DNA of 64,000 bases from Planctomycetota bacterium (lineage in GTDB: Bacteria > Planctomycetota > PLA2 > JAEUHO01). A program made the position numbers and the translations under genes. Below the pieces are notes generated by a model. It was not told the origin of the DNA and did not search any database. It saw nothing but the letters and a program-made list of their open reading frames with translations. Location of the stretch: NCBI GenBank assembly GCA_050248855.1, contig JBFWRP010000013.1:1-64000 (forward strand), in the 5' to 3' direction. Positions 58,682 to 64,000 of the stretch are shown piece by piece (position 1 is the first letter of the stretch; each line of letters opens with the position of its first letter).

Positions 58682-59449
58682 ATGGACCCGCTGCCTCCTG
58701 ATCTTCGCGATTGCCTGCGCGGCATCCCCTCCATCGGTGTCATCACCGGGGCCGGCGTGTCCGTGGAGAGCGGGATCCGCTCCTACCGCGGCCAGGGGGG
58801 GCTGTACGACGACCCCGAGGAGGGAGAGCGAAACGCCGAGGCCCTGAGCGGCCCGGTCCTACGCCGTGATCCGGACCGCACGTGGCGCGTGGTCGCAGAG
58901 ATGGCGCGCGCCTCGGCGGGCGCCAAGCCCAACGCCGGACACGAGGCCCTCGTGCGCCTCGAGCAGGGCGTCGAACGCTTCGTGCTGCTCACGCAGAACG
59001 TCGACGGCCTGCACGCGGCCGCGGGGTCCAGGAACATCATCGACATCCATGGCGACATCCGCACGACACGGTGCATGTCGTGCGATGCCTTGGCCCGCCT
59101 GACCCCCGAGTTGCTGCGGGCCCTCGAGGTCGCGCCCCGCTGTGCCCACTGCGACGGCGTGCTGCGCCCCGACATCGTCCTGTTCGGTGAGTACCTGCCG
59201 CCCGCGAAGTACGCCCGCATCCAGGCCGAGCTCGTCGAGGACCCGCCCGATCTCCTCCTGGCCGCCGGGACGACGGCGCTCTTCCCCTACATCTGCCATC
59301 CCGTGATCGCCGTCGCCGAAGTGGACCACATCACGGTCGAGGTGAACCCCGAGCCCACCGTCCTCACCGACGTGGTCGGCTGGAGCCTGCGCGGAAGCGC
59401 CGGCCAGCTCCTGCCGGCGATTGCCGACGCCGTGCTCGGCGTCGCCTGA
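58682..59449 (+). CDS. cobB: Sir2-family NAD-dependent protein deacylase
   Basis: TGAGVSVESGI, TQNVDGLH, HG, two CxxC, RPDIVLFGE, EVN. Confidence 0.88.
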   Translation: MDPLPPDLRDCLRGIPSIGVITGAGVSVESGIRSYRGQGGLYDDPEEGERNAEALSGPVLRRDPDRTWRVVAEMARASAGAKPNAGHEALVRLEQGVERFVLLTQNVDGLHAAAGSRNIIDIHGDIRTTRCMSCDALARLTPELLRALEVAPRCAHCDGVLRPDIVLFGEYLPPAKYARIQAELVEDPPDLLLAAGTTALFPYICHPVIAVAEVDHITVEVNPEPTVLTDVVGWSLRGSAGQLLPAIADAVLGVA

Positions 59450-59633
59450 GCGCCCACTCCCAGGGGCCAAGGTCCCAGGCTCCACGCCAAGCCTCACGAA
59501 CGTTGGCCGTTCGGTGGAGATAGGGAGCAACGGGTTGACCGATCCACAAGTCGCGGTCTAGCGCCTTCGGCGATCATGCCCGTCCTGCCGCGCGGCCCGG
59601 GAGGCGGCGCGGCCCCCCCTTGGAGCCCTCCCC

Positions 59634-60824
59634 ATGCTGAGAACTGCCCTTTGCGGGCTCGCCTTGCTCGTTGCCGGGACCTGGAGTCCCGCGCGCGCCG
59701 ACGACGAGGCGAAGCCGCTCGCGTTCGAGCTGAAAGACCCCGCCGGGAAGCCCTGGCGGCTCGAGGACCACCGCGGCAAGTGGGTCGTGCTCGAGTGGGT
59801 CAACTACGACTGCCCCTTCGTCAAGAAGCACTACGACGCCAGCCACCGGAACATGCAGACGCTGCAGAGCACGTACACCGCCAAGGGCGTTGTGTGGTTC
59901 TCGATCTGCTCCTCCGGCGAGGGCAAGAAGGGCTACCTCACGCCCGAGCAGGCCACGGAGCGCCTGAAGAGCGAGGGCGCCGCCCCCACGGCCCTGCTGC
60001 TCGATCCCGAGGGTGACGTCGGCCGGCTGCTCGGCGCCAAGGTCACGCCGGACGTGCGGATCATCGACCCCGAAGGCAAGGTCGCCTACGCAGGCGCCAT
60101 CGACAGCCTGCGCGGCAAGGACCCCGCCGAAGTCAAGGACGCCACGAACTACGTCGCGACGTTCCTCGACGCGGTGCTGGCGGACCAGGGTCGGCCCTTC
60201 GCCTTCCACCCCCCCTACGGCTGAAGCGTCAAGTACGCACCCCGTGAGGGTGACGAGCCCAAGGTGGCTCCGCAGTTCACGCTGGCCGACTCCAACGGCA
60301 CCGAGCACAGCTTGGCCGACTTCAAGGGCAAGTGGGTCGTCCTGGAGTGGGTCAACTACGACTGCCCCTTCGTCAAGAAGCACTACGACGCCAGCCACAA
60401 GAACATGCAGACGCTGCAGGGCACGTACACCGCCAAGGGCGTGGTGTGGCTCTCGATCTGCTCGTCGGGCGAAGGCAAGCAGGGCTACATGACCCAGGCA
60501 GACGCGGCGCGTCGCCTCGGCGAGCAGGGGGGCAAGCCCACGGCGCTGCTGCTCGATCCCCTGGGTGACGTGGGCCGCGCCTACGGCGCCAAGACCACAC
60601 CCGACATGCGGATCATCGACCCGCAAGGGCACATCGTGTACGCGGGTGCCATCGACAGCCTGCGTGGCAAGGACCCGGCCGAGGTGGCTGGGGCCACGAA
60701 CCACGTGGCCGAGGTGCTCGACGCCGTGCTGGCCGGCAAGCCCGTGCCCTACGCCGTCCAGCCCCCGTACGGCTGAGGCGTCAAGTACGCGTCCCGTGAG
60801 GACGCCACCGTCAGCGCCAAGTAG
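59634..60824 (+). CDS. Exported tandem two-domain thioredoxin-like redoxin with two selenocysteines (396 aa; U197, U381)
   Basis: Both domains have WVNYDCPFV and end PPYG-TGA-xVKY; reading through TGA 60222-60224 joins domain 2 in frame; second TGA 60774-60776, true stop TAG 60822-60824. Confidence 0.85.
60238..60252 (+). promoter_or_regulatory. SECIS-like hairpin 1
   Basis: CACCC-CGUGA-GGGUG; loop G at +20 from UGA. Confidence 0.7.
60789..60805 (+). promoter_or_regulatory. SECIS-like hairpin 2
   Basis: GCGUCC-CGUGA-GGACGC; loop G at +20 from UGA. Confidence 0.7.
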
Positions 60825-60884
60825 CTGCGGCTACCGGCCCTACGCTGCGGGGAGGCCCATCGCGGGCCTCCCCGCGTTCGTTCG

Positions 60885-62249
60885 TCAGGTCCCGCGCGCC
60901 AGCAGGTACCAGGCGGCCCCGAGCAGCGTGCTTGCCCCCAGCGTGAGGAGCATGCCCCAACGCAGGCGGAACATCGCCACCTGGGCGCCGGCCGCGAGGA
61001 CCAGTGCGGCGACGTCGAGCGTCGCGACGTCGGGGGCCAGCACGCGCAGCACCCCGACGCGGTGCTCGTGCACGACGCCGAACAGGGTGTGCAGCGCGAA
61101 CCAGAGGGCCAGGTTGAGGATGACGCCCACGACGCAGGCCGTGATCGCGGACAAGGCGCCATCCAGGCCCGGCCGCCCGCGCAGGCGCTCGACGTAGGGG
61201 GCGCCGAGGAAGATCCAGAGGAAGCACGGGACGAAGGTGACCCAGGTGACGAGCACGGCGCCGATGGCGCCGGCCACGAGCGGCGAGAAGGTGCCGGGAT
61301 CGCGGTAGGCCGCCATGAACCCGACGAACTGCACGACCTGGATCAGCGGACCCGGCGTGGTCTCCGCCATGCCGAGGCCGTCGAGCATCTCGCCGGGCTT
61401 CAGCCACCCGTAGGTCTCGACCGCACGCTGGGCCACGTACGCCAGCACGGCATAGGCGCCGCCGAAGGTGACCACGGCCGCCTTGCTGAAGAACACGCCC
61501 TCCTGCACGAACACGTGCGCCGCGCCCAGCGTGACGCCCAGCACCAGCAGCGGCGCGAACCACAGCGCCAGGCAGACGAGCGCCACCCGTAGCGAAGACC
61601 CCAGGCGCACGCGCTCACCCGCCCGTGATGCCGCCGCCACGTCGGCAGCCGCAACCGGGATGGGCGCGGGCTTCACCGGGACGCTGCGGCGTCCGCGCAC
61701 GAACCCGACCAGCGCCGCGGTCCCGACGATCGCGGGGAACGGAACGTCGAAGAGGTAGATCGCCACGAACGCCAAGCCCGCCAGCAGCACGTGGAAGCGG
61801 CCCTTGAGCGCGCGCCGACCGATGCGCAGCACCGCCTCCACGACCACGGCGAGCACGGCCGGCTTGATGCCGAAGAAGAGCGCTCCCACCACGGCCACGT
61901 CCTGGTGCTCGGCGTAGAGGATGCTCAGCAGCAGGATCGAGACGAAGCCCGGCAGGATGAACAGCAGGCCCGCGACCAGCCCGCCGATCGTGCGATGGAG
62001 CAGCCAGCCGATGTAGGTGGCCAGCTGCTGCGCCTCGGGGCCCGGTAGCAACATGCAGTAGTTGAGCGCGTGGAGGAAGCGCTCCTCCCCGATCCACTTC
62101 TTCTCCTCGACCAGCAGGCGATGCATGACCGCGATCTGCCCGGCAGGTCCCCCGAAGCTGTGGATCGCCACGCGCACCCACACGCGAAGCGCCTCGCGAA
62201 AGGGAACGGCGGGCGCCTCGGGGTCTGCTGCCGCTTCGTGCGCTCCCAT
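60885..62249 (-). CDS. chrA: Chromate efflux transporter
   Basis: SFGGPAGQIAVM, LPGPEAQQL, TFGGAYAVL, ETTPGP. Confidence 0.92.
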   Translation of the reverse strand: MGAHEAAADPEAPAVPFREALRVWVRVAIHSFGGPAGQIAVMHRLLVEEKKWIGEERFLHALNYCMLLPGPEAQQLATYIGWLLHRTIGGLVAGLLFILPGFVSILLLSILYAEHQDVAVVGALFFGIKPAVLAVVVEAVLRIGRRALKGRFHVLLAGLAFVAIYLFDVPFPAIVGTAALVGFVRGRRSVPVKPAPIPVAAADVAAASRAGERVRLGSSLRVALVCLALWFAPLLVLGVTLGAAHVFVQEGVFFSKAAVVTFGGAYAVLAYVAQRAVETYGWLKPGEMLDGLGMAETTPGPLIQVVQFVGFMAAYRDPGTFSPLVAGAIGAVLVTWVTFVPCFLWIFLGAPYVERLRGRPGLDGALSAITACVVGVILNLALWFALHTLFGVVHEHRVGVLRVLAPDVATLDVAALVLAAGAQVAMFRLRWGMLLTLGASTLLGAAWYLLARGT

Positions 62250-62308
62250 GCGGTGCCAGTGTGACCGCCCCCAGCCGCAGGGCGCCCACCGGGGCCCGCC
62301 GTACTTGC

Positions 62309-62337
62309 TTGCATCTTTATTTAGAATGATCTAAAGT
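62309..62337 (+). promoter_or_regulatory. Sigma70 promoter TTGCAT-N17-TAAAGT overlapped by palindrome TTTAGA-N4-TCTAAA (probable ArsR operator)
   Basis: AT-rich island; palindrome 62320-62335; ATG 7 nt after the -10 box. Confidence 0.7.
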
Positions 62338-62344
62338 ATTGGCC

Positions 62345-62671
62345 ATGGTCGCCGCCAGCCCCCTGTCCGTCCTGGCTGCCCCGAGGCGCGAAGCCTTGGT
62401 CCAGGCGCTCTGGCCGGGCGAGCGCAGCGCCGGCGAGCTGCGCCGGGTGCTGCCCGACATCACGTTCGGCGCCGTGTCCCAGCACCTCGCTCGCCTGCGT
62501 GACGCGGGCTTGGTGCAGGTGCGCAAGGACGGCCGGCGGCGCCTGTACCGCGTCGACCGCGAGGCCTTCGGCCCGCTCGCCGCCGCCCTCGACCAGCTTT
62601 GGGCGCACCAGCTGGTGCGTCTCAAGTCCCTCGCCGAGCGCGAAGCCCGGCGACGCAAGGAGACACCGTGA
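62345..62671 (+). CDS. ArsR/SmtB family transcriptional regulator
   Basis: PRR..L, GAVSQHLARLRDAGLV, GRRRLY. Confidence 0.9.
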   Translation: MVAASPLSVLAAPRREALVQALWPGERSAGELRRVLPDITFGAVSQHLARLRDAGLVQVRKDGRRRLYRVDREAFGPLAAALDQLWAHQLVRLKSLAEREARRRKETP

Positions 62672-63489
62672 CCTCACCCACGCCCGGCTTCCGCATCGAG
62701 CGGTCCATCGACATCGACGCCCCGCTCGACGTGGTGTTCGGCTTCGTCTCCGACCCGCGCCTGTTCGCCGCATGGTTCGGCGCCGGCTCCACGATCGATG
62801 CGAGCGTGGGGGGTGCGGTGGAGGTCGTGTTTCCCGGCGGCGCGCGCGCCGTGGGCGAGGTGCTGGCCGTGGAGGCGCCTCGCCACATCCGCTTCACGTG
62901 GGGCTACCCGCGGGAGGACAGCCCCGTCGCACCGGGGGCGAGCACGGTGGACGTGCACTTGGACACGGTCGACGGGCTCACGCGCGTCACCCTGTCCCAC
63001 GTGCTGCCGACGCAAGGCGCCGCCGAGGCGCACATCGGCGGCTGGGCGTACCACCTGGCGCGGCTCGCGGCCAAGGCGGCCCGGGAGCGGGCGCGTCGGA
63101 CGACGCCAGCCGTGCTCGATGCCTGGTTCGCGGCGTGGTCCGCCGAAGGCGACGACGTGGCGGCGCACCTCGCGCGCGCCATGACCGAGCAGGCCACCTA
63201 CCGCGACGACGCCGTCCACGCGCCCGACCGCGCGGAGGTCGCCGCGCACATCGGTCGCTGTCACGCCCAGATGAAGGGCTCGCGCCTCGAGCGCGTCGGC
63301 GCCGTGCTCCACACGGGCGACCGCCTCGCGTGCCGTGCGCGGCTGGTCGGCAGCAGCGGCCCGCTCGGCCATGTCCTGCTGCAGCTACGCATCGGCGGCG
63401 ACGGCCGCATCGTCGAGGCACACGGTCTCTTCGAGGAGCCCGTGCCCGGCGTCAGCGACGGGCCCCTCCTGGACGCCCCGTCGAGCTAG
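62668..63489 (+). CDS. SRPBCC/AHSA1 domain protein with C-terminal SnoaL-like domain
   Basis: IERSIDIDAP..VF, RFTWG, TRVTLSH, GW; GTGA overlap. Confidence 0.8.
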   Translation: MTSPTPGFRIERSIDIDAPLDVVFGFVSDPRLFAAWFGAGSTIDASVGGAVEVVFPGGARAVGEVLAVEAPRHIRFTWGYPREDSPVAPGASTVDVHLDTVDGLTRVTLSHVLPTQGAAEAHIGGWAYHLARLAAKAARERARRTTPAVLDAWFAAWSAEGDDVAAHLARAMTEQATYRDDAVHAPDRAEVAAHIGRCHAQMKGSRLERVGAVLHTGDRLACRARLVGSSGPLGHVLLQLRIGGDGRIVEAHGLFEEPVPGVSDGPLLDAPSS

Positions 63490-63857
63490 ACGTGCTGGTC
63501 GAGCAGGATCGGGTTGCCATCGGGGTCCTCGAGCACGAGATGCCCCGGGCCACTGGCGCTGTCGCCGACGGTCTTCACCAGCGGGATGCCCCGCTCCTGC
63601 AGCAGCCTCTCGATGTCGCGCACGTCCTGGAAGCCCTCGACCGTCTTGGCGTCGGCGTCCCAGCCCGGGTTGAACGTGAGCAGGTTCTTCTCGAACATCC
63701 CCTGGAACAGGCCGATGCGCGCGTTGCCGTTGCGCAGGATGAGCCACCCTTGGTCCTGATCACCGCCCATGGTCGTGAAGCCAAGCGCCTCGTAGAAGGC
63801 GCGACTGGCGGCGATGTCCTTCACGGCCAAGTTGACGGAGAATGCGCCCAGGTCCAC
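63486..63857 (-). CDS. VOC / glyoxalase family protein
   Basis: LAVKDIAASRAFYEALGF, DPDGNPILLDQH. Confidence 0.88.
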   Translation of the reverse strand: MDLGAFSVNLAVKDIAASRAFYEALGFTTMGGDQDQGWLILRNGNARIGLFQGMFEKNLLTFNPGWDADAKTVEGFQDVRDIERLLQERGIPLVKTVGDSASGPGHLVLEDPDGNPILLDQHV

Positions 63858-63943
63858 GGTGACTCCTCTCGCTGGTCGTGACGGTGCCCGCAGGGTACCG
63901 GATGGGCGCCTCGCACGTCGGCAGGCCGGAGGAGCACCCCTGC

Positions 63944-64000
63944 ATGGACGAAGCTCGACCCCAACCGGGCCACCGCCGCATCACCTACGCCGCGCTGGGC
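63944..64000 (+). CDS. 5' start of a gene leaving the window
   Basis: RBS GGAGGAG followed by ATG and an open frame to the window end. Confidence 0.4.
   Translation, partial: MDEARPQPGHRRITYAALG

Noticed and set aside
60264..60776. Independent second redoxin gene
   Set aside because: No RBS or signal peptide, and it is in frame with the upstream domain through a Sec-type UGA

Overview
A very GC-rich bacterial window, probably from an uncultured Planctomycetota-like organism (inferred from the HEAT-repeat and carboxypeptidase-like exported proteins). It holds about 55 genes and no CRISPR array, rRNA or transposase. Main content: (1) a response regulator / small protein / TPR-CHAT caspase-like protease / S8 subtilase / hybrid kinase / Ig-repeat lipoprotein cluster (131-10344), punctuated by three copies of an 18-bp palindrome; (2) a cfa / DUF1295 / FAD-oxidoreductase / DUF1365 / desaturase fatty-acid modification cluster; (3) two exported selenoproteins missed by the ORF track: a Sec-MsrA, and a tandem two-domain redoxin with two in-frame UGA codons, each followed by a covarying SECIS-like hairpin; (4) a roughly 900-bp non-coding cassette upstream of an SPFH (slipin) gene, with an ECF-type promoter, a leader ORF, alternative hairpins, two degenerate tRNA-like RNAs and a 262-nt structured RNA; (5) REP/BIME-like palindromic elements; (6) many apparent leaderless promoters (TAnnnT-N6/7-start). 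The rest is ordinary housekeeping, transport and stress genes. All calls come from reading motifs by eye; no database searches were run.
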